A stretch of DNA of 62,662 nt, filler included, from Choristocarpus tenellus KU-1152 (GCA_964200185.2; 12 parts of 12 records of this genome joined end to end with filler, not necessarily neighbours in it), one strand, 5' to 3'. Shown: positions 1-12,389, numbered from the whole stretch's first letter. A program made the numbers and translations. The notes: generated by a model from the letters alone, not told the origin.

Positions 1-24
1 ACCCCCCCCCAGATACTTTGACCC
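1..24. mobile_element. MITE family B terminus at window start
   Basis: CCCCCCCCCAGATACTTTGACCC matches the end of the 37798-37978 element. Confidence 0.6.
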
Positions 25-1269
25 TGTGTACACCTACTCTGCGGCCCCAGGCCCAGTCTGACCTTGGTAGTAAAAGTGTGTACTTCGTATGTCTCAAGCG
101 CTTCGCGATGATGATGATGATGATGATGGTAGATTCGCCTCCTTTACTGTTTCTGCAAACGGCAGCTAGGCCCAAACAGAATGACGCTCTTGGCAGATTT
201 ACGAAGATAATTGTATTTGCTCTTTCATTACGCACGATGTAAGCTTGCTTGATCCTGTCCTCCGTGTTGTCAGTCACGTTATTGATCAACCCGTTCGAGA
301 GATCATGCAGCGGTGTTCTTCGAGTATTCCTTCTCAATAACTCCTCACTTGCCCACACAACCAACATTATTAATTAGGAGCTATACAAGGATTTTTGCAA
401 AGAGGCGATACGGGTGTATCCTGATGACCCTTCCAAGCGGGTAAGCAAGGCGCACTTCCTCCGATTGCTCAGAGAGGACAGGCCCAACATCAGGGTGATG
501 GTAGAAGGCGAATTTATGAAATGTGACATACGTGTCACGTTAAAAGAGAAGTGGCACAGTGCGCCTGGTGTAAAACCCACGAACAACTCCACCGTCCTCG
601 AGTCCATCGACAAGGAGCTGTCAGACCATCGAAAGGTAGGTGTCCAGCGTTAATTTTGCCACAATCGTACAGTGGCAACATGTCGCCGTCATTGCCCTCC
701 AATGGGAACAACATCTGTTGCCTTTTATGAATGAAGACTCCGATGCAGGTGCTTATGGCAGCAGCAGCAGCCTCACTCACCGCAAAAATGTTGTTATTAG
801 TTGCCCAAACACCTTGTATTATAGACTGTTTCCTGGTCGTCTACAGCGGTCTTCTGTCCCCGTACACACGTACTTGCTCCCGTCCCGATAATACTGTCTT
901 TGCCTTGAATGCAGCAATAAAAAACAGGAGCAAAGACAAACATTTATTCTCATTACACTAGATTTTTGTCACATACCTGGTACATGTTAACAAGTGGCCA
1001 TTTTTTTACATCTCTAAGCAGATTTATTTGACTAAATCACGTGATGTTGAAATCCTCCATCCGCCAGATTATCCAAGCGGATCGGCTGGTCATCGCCAAC
1101 AACACCAACAGCGCCATGCAGGCCAAAGCCGACGGCAACCTCTCGACTTCGTATTCATGTCTGTAGACGCGGCGAACCAGACATCCCACGCCCTCCCAGA
1201 ACTTTACCCACCTACCCACGACGGTGACAGGTAACCACACGCACGCATAGTCCATTTGTCAACAAGTTT

Positions 1270-1528
1270 GAGCCAAAGTATCTTTGAGGGTAGAGCCGCG
1301 TCCATTTGGGGGTCAAAATCCAAAGTTGCGATTTTGATGCAAATTGGGCTCTTGTGCTTGTCAGGAAGTATCAATATCCTTGTTCCGAACACACCTTTTC
1401 ATAACATACACATTTCACTTACTTCAAAACATTTCGGAGTAGGAAAATGTCATTAAAAAATCTGTGGAAAGCCAAGCCCCAAATGGACAAACAGAGCAAA
1501 TTTCGTACCCTCTAAGATACTTTCACTA
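1270..1528. mobile_element. MITE family A copy (~260 bp), intronic
   Basis: TIRs GAGCCAAAGTATCTTTGAGGGTA / TACCCTCTAAGATACTTTCACTA, subterminal GTCCATTTGGGG; homologous in inverted orientation to 1705-1966 and 31488-31740. Confidence 0.85.
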
Positions 1529-1704
1529 TTTGCAGCCGCACGCAGAACAGAATAGACCACCCTGTTTATTCAACGAATGAGTGAAAAGTCCCAAGGAATA
1601 GCCGCCAAAACAGACGCACATAATAACACCTTTCTTTAAACGTTTCTTTGGTTCATGTCCTTGTTATCAGGGGCTACTCCGAGAGCCAGAAGATCATGGC
1701 CGCA

Positions 1705-1966
1705 GAGTGGAAGTATCTCAGAGGGTGCGAGTTTTGCCCTGTTTGTCCGTTTGGGGCCTGGCTTCCCTCGAGGTGTTTATGATATTTTACCTACTCCAAA
1801 AGATTTCGGAGTCGGTAAAATGTATACATTTTATGAAAAAGTGTGTCCAGAACAAGGATAATTGACACTTTCTAACAAATACGATTGTCAAAATTACATC
1901 GAAATCGCAACATTAGATTTTGGACCCCAAATGGACGCGGCTCTACCCTCTAAGATACTTTTGCTC
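1705..1966. mobile_element. MITE family A copy with 4-bp TSD (CGCA) inserted in a transposase exon
   Basis: Termini GAGTGGAAGTATCTCAGAGGGT and ACCCTCTAAGATACTTTTGCTC; CGCA at 1701-1704 and 1967-1970; removing the element and one TSD restores the reading frame. Confidence 0.9.
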
Positions 1967-2998
1967 CGCACACGTCCAAGGCCAGTTCGCGGAGGTGTTC
2001 TTCACTCCTCTCAATCTTGGAGGAGGTACGTATTGTGGGTTGTGGCTCAACAATCACACGACCGAATAGATGATGGTTGCGCACGCACCACTTGATTTAA
2101 GGTCATGGTGAGGGGACCCGCCGCAGGTTAGATACCCGAGGACGAATACATACTTGCACGATTTGCCTACAGATACCGCAGGCCTGGTGAACAGTCGATT
2201 AATTCATGATGCGCTGTGCTCCCCTGCCCTCGTACGCCACAGCCTCGGAAGGGCGATAGGAGCGTAAGAGCTAATTAAGGAGGAGGAAACCGAAAGACAT
2301 GCATATCAGCCAGTCGGGTGTATGTGCTCTACATCACAAAAAAATATTCCATTACCCCTCTTTTAGCTCCAAGTAAAAAATGCTTAAGTAAGCAGAGTAC
2401 TATTTGTCAACTAACAACAGACATCATCGTTCAAGCAGGTTGTAACCTTGTCTGCACAGCCACTCACCTTGCCCTCAAAAGGCTTATTCACAGTACCACA
2501 ACAGCCTCGATCACGCGGGGGGTTGCATCTTCCAGCATGCGCACTGGCAGGTAAGAAAGTTTCATCTTGACACGAGCTACTCAACATATACTCGCCGAAT
2601 TCCGGCCACCAAGAAACTAACTGCACGGTGTTTAGTTTTGGTTTGTGGGTTGCAACCTGCATGGCAGTGATGTAGAGCTTGCAATCTAGCACTACCGGAA
2701 ACATACACTGTTTCTCCACAAAACGTGGTGAAATGGGCTGACATATCGACCTCGCGCCTATCCCTCCCCCGCTCCCAACTCTCCAAACTGGCCAGGTCGA
2801 CAACTGCGTCTCAGAGAACACGAACAATTTCTTTCTCAGATATGCGGGGCTATTGATCGCGGCGAGTGTCATTCGTGTGGTTGAGATACATTTTATGATG
2901 GTGGGGCACACGCACATCAAGATCGATCAGATCTTCTCCAGGTAATTAGGCAAGATATATAAATGCGATAGCCACATGGTGTTTTTACACGAACAGAT

Positions 2999-3052
2999 GA
3001 GTGAAACTATCTTAGAGGGTACGAATTTTCCCCTGTTTGTCCATTTGTGGGG
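2999..3052. mobile_element. MITE family A terminus truncated by contig end
   Basis: GAGTGAAACTATCTTAGAGGGTACGAATTTTCCCCTGTTTGTCCATTTG matches the family A end. Confidence 0.8.
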
Positions 3053-3152
3053 NNNNNNNNNNNNNNNNNNNNNNNNNNNNNNNNNNNNNNNNNNNNTTAA
3101 TTAATTAANNNNNNNNNNNNNNNNNNNNNNNNNNNNNNNNNNNNNNNNNNNN
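3053..3152. other. Artificial contig linker
   Basis: 44 N + TTAATTAATTAA (stops in all six frames) + 44 N. Confidence 0.98.
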
Positions 3153-3156
3153 TCAC

Positions 3157-4146
3157 CAGTTCCACTAGCCCCCCCCCCCTGATCGTCTGCCCTCCCCCAT
3201 ACCCCCCCCAAAGATGCTTTCGAAGAGATCCATTGGATCAGTGAAGCCCTCAAACCCTCCTCCTTCCCCATTACCTCCATGGAAGGAGAAGAAGTGACCC
3301 TCGGAGCCATGGCCTCCAAAACCTTGGGGGAAACCGCCAGCTGAGCCTCTGCTGCCCCCACCGCCCCCCCCCCCAGCTGCCGCAAAAATTCCCTCTTTCC
3401 CGTACATATCATACATTTTTCTTTTCTCTTGGTCGCTCAAAACCTAAGGGTGACAGGTCGAGCGGATTCAAGCATTCAATACAACTAGTTGAGCTCACGA
3501 AGATTATTAATAGTAATGACTTGAGCGGGTGCTCTGAGAGCCCTAACACAGAATTTATTGACCAGAAGTTTTGTCACATACATCCACCCACCTAGTGCTG
3601 CACATAATTAGCCCCTTACAGACACCGCCCGTGTAGATCGAAAACATCAACATGCAGCTCGCCTTGCGACAGAGAGTGGTTGTGGGCACAAAACACTACG
3701 AGTGTCCCACCTCATAAGCTTCGCTGACGTGTTTGAAACGCTCCTCGGCTTTCTTCGGTTCATCCCTGTTCTTGTCAGGGTGCCACTTAAGGGCTTGCTT
3801 GCGGTAGGCCCTGGTGATGTCTCGATCTGTTGCATCCTTTGCGACTCCAAGAAGCTATGGATTGAATAGAGTAACATTTTGTGGAGGGTGGGAGGGGAAT
3901 AAACCTCAGAGCCGACAACCATATTCTCACGAGCGATTCTGATTCTCTGCAGGATCAGGTAGTAGAGGGGGATAGTGACGACCACGGCATGATTAGGGGG
4001 TGTTGACCACTGGAACGGCTCGATGTCCCATCCATTCTTGCCTTGTAGTAGTCATCATCTTGTCCGGTAACTCTCCCATGTGCAATAACAAGGGCCAGAA
4101 GAAGGAATCCAACGGTCCAAAGCAAGCGTATCAATCTGCACCTCAT
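3157..4146 (-). CDS. DnaJ/Hsp40 with signal peptide, J domain and G/F-rich region (ERdj3-like), 3' partial
   Basis: Exons 4146-4042 ([30 protein letters not shown], donor AAG|GCAAG), 3854-3711 ([38 protein letters not shown]) and 3443-~3157 ([33 protein letters not shown]). HPD motif present. Confidence 0.93.
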
Positions 4147-4384
4147 ACCTCCACAATTTCCACTTTGTGTCTCCCCAGTCCCCCTCCCCCACCTAACCAA
4201 GACTGTTGTGGTGAAGTCTGAAGGAGGAAGACCTCGACGCGTGCAGACGCGCGACAGAACGCTTGAAGCGGTAACTCTTACAATCCAACTAGTAAGATGA
4301 GACCTTTCCTCTAATTCGCAGGTCGTACCTGGTCTGTTACTCCCTTTCTGGAGGCTGATAGCATTGACATTAACTAGTAGTGGT
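4147..4384. promoter_or_regulatory. Putative bidirectional promoter between DnaJ and LONRF
   Basis: About 240 bp between divergent ATGs; locally CpG-rich (CGACGCGTGCAGACGCGCGAC). Confidence 0.45.
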
Positions 4385-7300
4385 ATGTCGGGCGTCGTAA
4401 ACAGTATTTCTCCGATGGATCAACTTCGACAACGACGTTTGGAAAGGTTTAGCACCCAGAGGGGACAGACCGGTTCAGAGGGGTGCTCTATGACCTCGCC
4501 TACCGCACATGCTGACACTTTGAAGGAGAAACCCCCCCTCGAATCTGACCTTGGTGGAAAGGAGGAGCAAAGCGATGTCGAAGTAATCCCTAGCGAGTTC
4601 GAGTGCATTCTCTGCATGAGGTACGCATCACAATGTACACGCTTACACGCTATTTCGGTCTTTTTTTCGCTACTCGTTTTACCTCTCATTCAGGGTGCGA
4701 GATCTGTGCGTTGAGATGAGAACATATTGATTACTATGATGGACTACATCGTCACTGGGTCCTCCTTTCTCGAAACAATTGTGTGACGCGCAACAACGAC
4801 AAGATTGTTTCCTGATTGATATCTTCAACCCACTTTTTTCTGATTCCATGCAGGCTATACTACGAGCCCGTTTCGTTACCTTGCGGACACACCTACTGCC
4901 GTGGGTGCCTACGTCGCGCGCTAGGGACGAAACCCAAGGTACGGGCTATTTTGTGCATGCCAGGCCATTTATCTCCTGTCATAAAAGGACTTTCCATTAT
5001 TCGTAATTGAGAGAGAACAACCGCCAGATGCATCTCGATTGCCTTCCTTCTGCTACTTTTCCAGTGGCATCGTGAGCTGTAGAAATATGGTGTAGTTTCT
5101 TTAAGGCCACTGCGGTTTCTACAAATTGTTAGTGAGGCATTCATGCGTAATTGAAACTTGAATAAGATGGTGTTGCCACGTGGTTTTGAACCCACTGGGC
5201 GAATGTTAATATGGCGATCAATTAGATGTATGTGTAGATACGATGTAGATTACCCTTCAATGATTTAAATACATTTTGGCACTACAACTCAAATTGAACC
5301 TGACAGCTCACACATGCATGCACCTGAGTTGGGGATTGGGACTCACATATTGAACATACCTTATCCCTGGATTTATCATGTAGGCTACTTTTAGGTGACC
5401 ATCAGTAGGACTCTCCAAGGAATAGTATGAAACTTCTCACGCTGCAGGTCAGTAAGTAAGGGTAGTGAACATTTTGCTCCCCATGAGTTAAGGATTAATT
5501 TTGGCCTTGATCGCTCACAATCGCACATATGTATGTAGATATATATATTTAATCTTAGAATATTTCAAGGCTGGGGACAGCATATAAGTTTAGTGGCCCA
5601 ATGCATGAGACAAAATACTGTTAGTATTATGAGTCAACAGCATTTTGCAGATATAATTTTTCTACATCAGCTAGAAATTTTCGATGTACTCGATTCTAAT
5701 CGCATCGTTCACGCAACAAACAAAGGGAAGTGCACAAATTGCCGAGATCCGTGGGTAGTGCACGCACCCTGCATTCAGACGAAAATCGACCATTCGAAAA
5801 TCACCCCCTCAACTTCAGTTTGAATAAATGGAGATTTAATCAAATTGTGGGGATTGCTACGAATCACAAGAGCGGAGATATAAATTTAATCACATGAAAA
5901 ATATATAGTAGCGTCTGGAATGGCATGTACTACTCTGATTAGTGTCTGTTGGGGCTTCTACGACTTTCAGCTGGTCATAGTAGGTAAGTGAGAGGGTATT
6001 GAGCAAAGTTGACTCTTATCTACTTCCTTGGTTGTAAGGAACATCTTAGCTCCTGGTTGCACCTCTGGTTTTGGTGTGGGTTAGAACTTTAGAATGTAAA
6101 TATCCCAACTCCTGTCGGACTTGACAACTCAAAGGTTAAAAACCACTTGAATATGATATATGAGGGTCCAGAATGGTTGATTTTCTTTTTTTTCTTCTCA
6201 ACATTACAGCCTCACACAATTGGTACATAGTGAACAACTTGACAGCTCTTACATCATTTTTTTTTCCCTCTAAACTTTGATTCAAGTATAGGGTTAGGGT
6301 TAGGGTTAGGGTTGGAGTTACAAGGTGAAATGCCTTCGGTTTTGTGCAATGCCTTTGTGCACCTCTTTTTCTTCTTGAGTACAAGCGATCTAATCAAAAG
6401 CCAACCATGATTTTGTTATACTTCACATTTAAGAGCCAGTACGCACTGCTGTCTCGGTAAGGGTTTTTTGCAAGGGAGGAGGAAACTGTGATGTTCGATG
6501 CGGACGAATGCTTTCCATAAACTACTGCTGTGTTTCTTTTCCCTTTTTTGCCACTTCCCTTCTGCAGTGTCCCATGTGCCGTGCAGCCTGTCATGTTGCT
6601 GCTGGGGATGCCGGTACGAATCAGGCGATGGTGGGCATCATAGTCAGCCAGTTCAAGGATGCGTATGAAGCCCGTGGTATAGAGGTGATTTTTGTTGTTG
6701 TGCATGGGAGATCGCTGTTGACTGGTAGTTGTGAATCCACATCATGTCCTGTTTTGATTGGAATTGTTTTGTATCTTCAGTGCACTGCACTTTGCTCTTA
6801 CCAGCATGATTGTGAATCGAGTAGCATTGAATACATGGGGTGTTTGTAGTGATGTTACATTATCAACATTCCCTTTTCTACTACCAAAACACTTCTTGCA
6901 AGTGCTCACTCATTACAACGCCCTTCCTCCAAATTTGGCTAATGTAGTGTCCAATGAGGCCAGGGCAACTGCCCCTTGCTTCTCTCCAGCCTGCCTCCGT
7001 TGATTGTGCTCCTCAATGACAGGAGGTCTTGCTGTAGAATCCTAGCCCAGAGTTCATAAATGACCAGTTTGGCAAATATTCCCAGGGTTCAATTTTATCG
7101 TACTCTAATAATCCTCAACTGCTGTTTTCCTCTCTTACCCTTTCTGTTACACCACACTCTTTCATACATCCATACATACATATATATATATATGTATATA
7201 TTTCCTGTCCCCCCACCCCCCCTTCCCTTTCACACAACCCCATGGTATCACTGTGTAGCCTGCCACTTCAACTGACACTATGCATTACATGGACACTATC

Positions 7301-7468
7301 TCAGGCTTTGGAGGATGCCCGCATTGAAGCAGAGCATCGCAGACAGGCAACCACCATCGGGGAAGATGTCACCCCAGCCCCTGATGGCAGTGTTTCTATG
7401 CCTGTGTGCCTGTTAGATGTTCTCCTGTTTCCTCACCAGCCCATCACACTCTACCTCTTTGAGCAACG
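4385..7468 (+). CDS. LONRF: LON peptidase N-terminal domain and RING finger protein, 3' partial
   Basis: Exons 4385-4620 (..EFECILCMR), 4854-4938 (LYYEPVSLPCGHTYCRGCLRRAL), 6568-6684 (CPMCR) and 7305-7468 (MPVCLLDVLLFPHQPITLYLFEQR). C3HC4 RING followed by the start of a LON substrate-binding domain. Confidence 0.88.
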
Positions 7469-7638
7469 GTACGGCATGGGAAGGGGGCACGGTGTGGTTG
7501 GTTGATTTCCAAATACCCCACCATGTTATGTTTTTTTTCTCATTTTGTACTCTGTGCAACATTGGTTGTGCTTTTCCTGGGTTGCCCCCCCCCCCCCAGC
7601 ACCCCTTTCTCCCCAGTCGGAAGAGCAACCGTCTGTAC

Positions 7639-7738
7639 NNNNNNNNNNNNNNNNNNNNNNNNNNNNNNNNNNNNNNNNNNNNTTAATTAATTAANNNNNN
7701 NNNNNNNNNNNNNNNNNNNNNNNNNNNNNNNNNNNNNN
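7639..7738. other. Artificial contig linker
   Basis: N44-TTAATTAATTAA-N44. Confidence 0.98.
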
Positions 7739-7740
7739 CC

Positions 7741-10202
7741 CAGAGTCAGATCCTAGGTATGTTTGGGCAGATTCTGGACCCTATAGGCTACGGCCTTGAT
7801 CTCAATTCCTACTATGATACGTTGGGAGTTCACTTCCTGGGGAAGGCGAATGCAATGAGCGGTCCTTCCAATATGCTGCTGAATGTCCTGTGCTTCGGCT
7901 CTGTGTTCTTGATCCTACGTTCAAACGCAACTCTTGCTCTCAAGGTTTGTACACACAAGAGTTTGAAGGGTGTGATTGCTATTAGCCCAGAACTCAAGAG
8001 GGTTAACAAAAGGGACTCAAAGGGGGCTTAAGAGTAAGATACTCTTCCTCGAGGAAGACATCTCAATGGCATATAATTTCATCTCAATGGCGCCACTGCC
8101 AAGGACAAGCGTGTACCACGTTACGCCTCTCGCCAGCATTTCAAAGGAGTTGCCACACACAGTCTTGGTGATTAAATGATTAGATACAGTACAATATTAA
8201 ATGTAGTATAATATAAGCACAACGATTGATCAAATAATAATATTTAAATAAAAGAAATAAAAAAGAAGCGGTCTACGAGATGCGAGATGGCTCAAACCAC
8301 CACCGCACACCAACGTGGAAGGCGTGTGCGGTTGTTCCCGACGAGGCGTGCTGTATTTACAATGAGTAGTCCAAGGTGCAAACTTCAACAATGAGTCAGA
8401 GGAAACAAGAGGTACCTGTTTTAAAGTTTTGAACGCTTTGCACTTTCGGGTCTGTTTTTCCAAATATTTTGCCATTATGTGGTATGTGGTATGTCACATG
8501 TTTCTGTTGATGGCGTCCAGAGTTGAGTTCGGGGTTCAACTGGAGAGGGGGTTGATTTCTCTGTTGTTTCATTGTTGTTCTAACCCTAACCCTATTGAAG
8601 GCTTTCGATAGTGCTCAGAAAGTATTCTACACGCGCTTGCAAAGAAAAAAATAAAAAAAAACTTCGCACGTATTTGTCAGTATCCTTAGAATGCAACTCT
8701 GGGTACCTCCCGATTACTTTGACTCGGTGGTTTAAAGAGGCGCGTGCTGCCCCTGCTTGCGTCCCCAGTACTTCTCAGAATGCTCCGTCCTTCCGTTCTT
8801 GACTATTTTGTCTGTTAGAAGAGAGTAGTCGCTTTGGGGTGGAGGAAGAGGATCGATACTTATCTGTTGGTTGATGGAAGGTAGGGTTAGGGTTAGGGCT
8901 CGCCAATGAGGGGAGGAGTTCCATGCAGGGGACAGGATGCAATGTTGAACACAAGATTGAGTTTGAACATCAGGTTATTATATAATAATAATATCCCACC
9001 ATGAAGAGACCTTATATAGCCCCCCAACAAACGCCAACCTCCCAGACTTTTACAGCCCTAGGGTTGCTCCCCATTTTCATAAACACTGCCCATCAAACCC
9101 TCCAATACACTGGTTGTTATGATGGTCCGTCAGGCTGGCATGATCTATTATGGAGCAAGGGTTGTCACTGACTACGTTATTCAAGCAATTGACCCTCTGA
9201 GAAGGTGACTTTTGCAGGCATTGTCGCTTGTATGTTCGATGACCCCTCCTCCCCCTCCTCCCCCCCCCACCCCATGGATGTAGTTTTGTACTAGTGAAGA
9301 AGTGTTAATACTGTTCCATACATGTACTCTACATGGTTGTTTTACATTCATTTCCTCTTGAACATTTGAAGATCTGGTGTATTGTTTCCCACTGGTTACA
9401 GGGAATGCCATGTTTTTTTTATAAGGTGCATTTTCCTGTTGTATATCTGGTGCTGACACCCTGGAGGATTATCTCCTTGGGTTGAGAATCCACAGTGTTT
9501 TGCTGTTTCTCTAGAGGTAATATTTTGTGACATGATCTTGATGCTATACCCTATTTTGTCAACAGCTCACACTCGTCGTTGCCACTTGCCTTCCCTTCCA
9601 GGGGCTCTTTGCAGTTGTTGATGTCTTTTGTCCGTATCACAAATGTGCCTCAAAAAGTTCTACAGAAGGTAACTCTACTGCCTCCAGATAGAGGCATGGA
9701 GCATCAAGGTGTGCCAGATTCGTCAGCCAGCAAAAAAAAAATGTACTGAATTCTAAGGCCTCAACCCTCCAATCCCAACGCATTCCCCCCTCCCCTCCCC
9801 ATACTCCCATTTGCATCCTTTGCATCAACCCTTCACAGGAGATTTTTCGGGTTGAATACAATGGAGCACACATTTTGGTCTGCTATTGTGCATTTGGCCC
9901 TCACTGTTTTAGGCTTTTCTTGTCATCGGCCCACCCTTATTGGCCCCATTGGTCCTGGCTTCTGGAATGTTTTCACCCCAGGAATTGGGGTGGTGGGCCT
10001 GATAGAGCCATTTGTACGTCAGCTTGTGTCAGTTAGTGAGCACATGGGGACCATCAAGTTCACACACATCAACTACATAATCCACGACCAGTTATATTCC
10101 CGTGTGAGTGAAGAGGCCATGCAGGCAATTGCTGAGGCTGCCTCCGTGAACCCTACAAATATTGCCAAAGCTGCTGTTGCCGCAGCCGCCCCTACAGCTT
10201 AG
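7741..10202 (+). CDS. Unknown, probably membrane-associated protein, 5' partial
   Basis: Phase-consistent exons <7741-7943 (..FLILRSNATLALK), 9134-9204 (AGMIYYGARVVTDYVIQAIDPLR) and 9839-10202 (RFFGLNTMEHTFWSAIVHLALTVLG..AAAPTA*). No family recognised. Confidence 0.65.
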
Positions 10203-11656
10203 AAGCTAAGGACATGTTCCTAGCTGAACATATAATTTTTTATGGGCGATTGGTGTTGAGTTTTGTCCGTGTTGTTGGTGAAGAGCAGAGGTGTACACTG
10301 TGGATAGGGTAACTTTTACAAGTTGGAACCTCCCTCCTCCTATATTGCGTTCAGTTTACAAAGTTATTTCCTGTGCATTTGGAGCAGTTGGGCTTAGGGG
10401 CCCAGAAGGCCATACTGTTGAAAAAAACATGTTTTTGTACACAAAATGGGAGAAATATGTGTGTAAACACACCAGAAATGGATTTTGTTGTGATAGTATG
10501 TTGCATAGGTTGTATTGCAATCTTTAAGAATTCCGAGTTGTTGAACACCATACCGAACAAATACATTTGTAGAGAGGTGAATGAATGTTGTGCATGTCTG
10601 CCAACAAACATTGTAGTGGGAGTAAGTAGGCAACGCTTGTGCTATGCCGGTCCTGAGTCTTGTAGTGCTTTAAGGGTTCAATAGCCATGGAGGTAGCCTG
10701 TGAGAAGTGCATTGCAGTTAATGTATTGTGCACGTGATGGAGTAGATTTCAGACTCATGTGCTGTCTATTTTGTTCCTGAGCAATAGTAGGAAGGGACTT
10801 GTTTGTTGGTAAGAATTGGGGCGTAAATTCTTGCTCGAAATGGATAGGAAATAGACTTATCAGACAGTTTGAGGGCGAGGAGCATCTGGTGCTGTGACCA
10901 GAAAATTGAATTTTGATTACTAGCTAATTGTGTAGGATTGCACAGGTACTTTGATACTGTTGGAATGGGGTGGGAATAATACGCCACTGGAAAAAAGAGT
11001 GAGTTGAAGGTCTTATATGAGAGGTCACATACTGGTCGAGACCATTTGTTCATATGGTTTGGTGGGTGTAGGTGGTGCTGTTGGGAGCGAAGCAGTACGT
11101 GAGAAGCACACAATTTGCTGTCGGGATAGCAATGGAGTGGTCGAAAAGTATTTAGCGTACAAGGCATGATTAACAAAGAGGGCTTTGATTTTGTACATTC
11201 ACGGAGACACTAAAATAATGCATATACCTGCATGTTACCATGTGGTGCTGACCTTCCAGTCCTTGTTGTTCATTGATATTTGTGCTGTTGAAGAACTGAA
11301 GCATTTAAAAAGCGAATTTTGCTAATACAAAGCTCATTGCTTCTTCAATTCTCTACATGGGGTGCCATGCCTCCATCCACCTCTTAGGGGATCTTGATCC
11401 TATCTCTCCTAGCCGTCTTCAGTAGCTCACAATCTTGCATAGGCATCGATCAGACAGCTTGACCTTAAACATCCGCTTCACATTGTTCAGTAGATCAAGT
11501 CTATATACCTCTTGCCCAGAGCGACTCTGGGCAAGATGTCGACCTCCAGTGGGATGAGATGCACAGATGTGAGCTTTTTTTGTTAGCCTTTGACCTGAAG
11601 TCAACTTCCCTCTTCCCTCACCAGAACCCATCATCACAACGTTCCCATATTCCCTC

Positions 11657-11915
11657 TTCACTTCTTGGCGATGGTGTTGCGAACCTTTACTTGGTCAACG
11701 GACTCCATCTTGGTGATGAGGGTTACACCTTCGAAGAACCTGCAGCAGATGCACAATCTGATGAAGTGCCAAAAGAGGAGTAGAATTAGTTATTGTTGGT
11801 AGCACTCAGGAATGATGGGTGGTGCTTGGAAGAGTGACGTATTCAGTGACCTGCACCACCGCTACCCCAGGATCCAGCACCCAGCATTCGCGATTGGGGC
11901 CGTTCATAATACTTG
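11657..11915 (-). CDS. Possible terminal exons of an unidentified gene
   Basis: Coding-like segment after a CTGCAG acceptor (FFEGVTLITKMESVDQVKVRNTIAKK* in one phase); phase relative to the upstream candidate exon is ambiguous. Confidence 0.3.
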
Positions 11916-12289
11916 AAGAATATTTAAGGATACGTGGTGGTTTGTGAGCCAATAGGCTACAGGTACTGGGGCCCTGCTTGTGATTGGTGGGTGCCATTAG
12001 CCATAATTAATTGAAAGGTAGGGTCGCACTTCTGTAAGGGGCGTGGGAATGTGTTGTATGAGGATAGTGTCACTCCAGCACTAGCAAGGACAATATGCAA
12101 CTTTCTGATGATTTAATAGATAAAACACAGAAAAACTCAACATATCACACCCCACCATACCCCTTTTCCTGGAGGAAATGGGAATGGAATTGAGGTGTTG
12201 CCCCAAACGTTTCACCTCTGGCAGGGCCCCTCACCAGGTGGGGGGACTGATTTCCTTGCAGTGCATATGACCCATAAATATCTGTAGGG

Positions 12290-12389
12290 NNNNNNNNNNN
12301 NNNNNNNNNNNNNNNNNNNNNNNNNNNNNNNNNTTAATTAATTAANNNNNNNNNNNNNNNNNNNNNNNNNNNNNNNNNNNNNNNNNNNN
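12290..12389. other. Artificial contig linker
   Basis: N44-TTAATTAATTAA-N44. Confidence 0.98.

Larger units (their letters stand above)
378..2941 (+). pseudogene. Intron-containing DUF7869-family (Sola-like) DDD transposase relic
   Basis: Phase-consistent GT-AG exons: 378-635 (ELYKDFC..FMKCDIRV); 1068-1230 (FMSVDAANQTSHALP, frameshift near 1140); 1671-2025 (GYSESQKIMAA|HVQGQFAEVFF, split by a MITE at 1705-1970); 2439-2550 (GCNLVCTATHLAL); 2690-2941 (in-frame TGA at 2739, then QVDNCVSENTN...FMMVGHTHIKIDQIFS). Motif order D-xx-Q / DNC-xx-EN / GHTH-xx-IDQ-x-FS matches the DUF7869 family as I recall it. Confidence 0.8.

Noticed and set aside
3097-3108. TTAATTAATTAA as a biological palindrome or PacI-type site
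   Set aside because: Always centred in N runs of fixed length; synthetic linker.
3153-3185. Premature stop in DnaJ after the poly-Gly stretch
   Set aside because: Falls at a G homopolymer next to the contig end; a one-base indel gives GGASGT followed by a GT donor, so probably a sequencing error.
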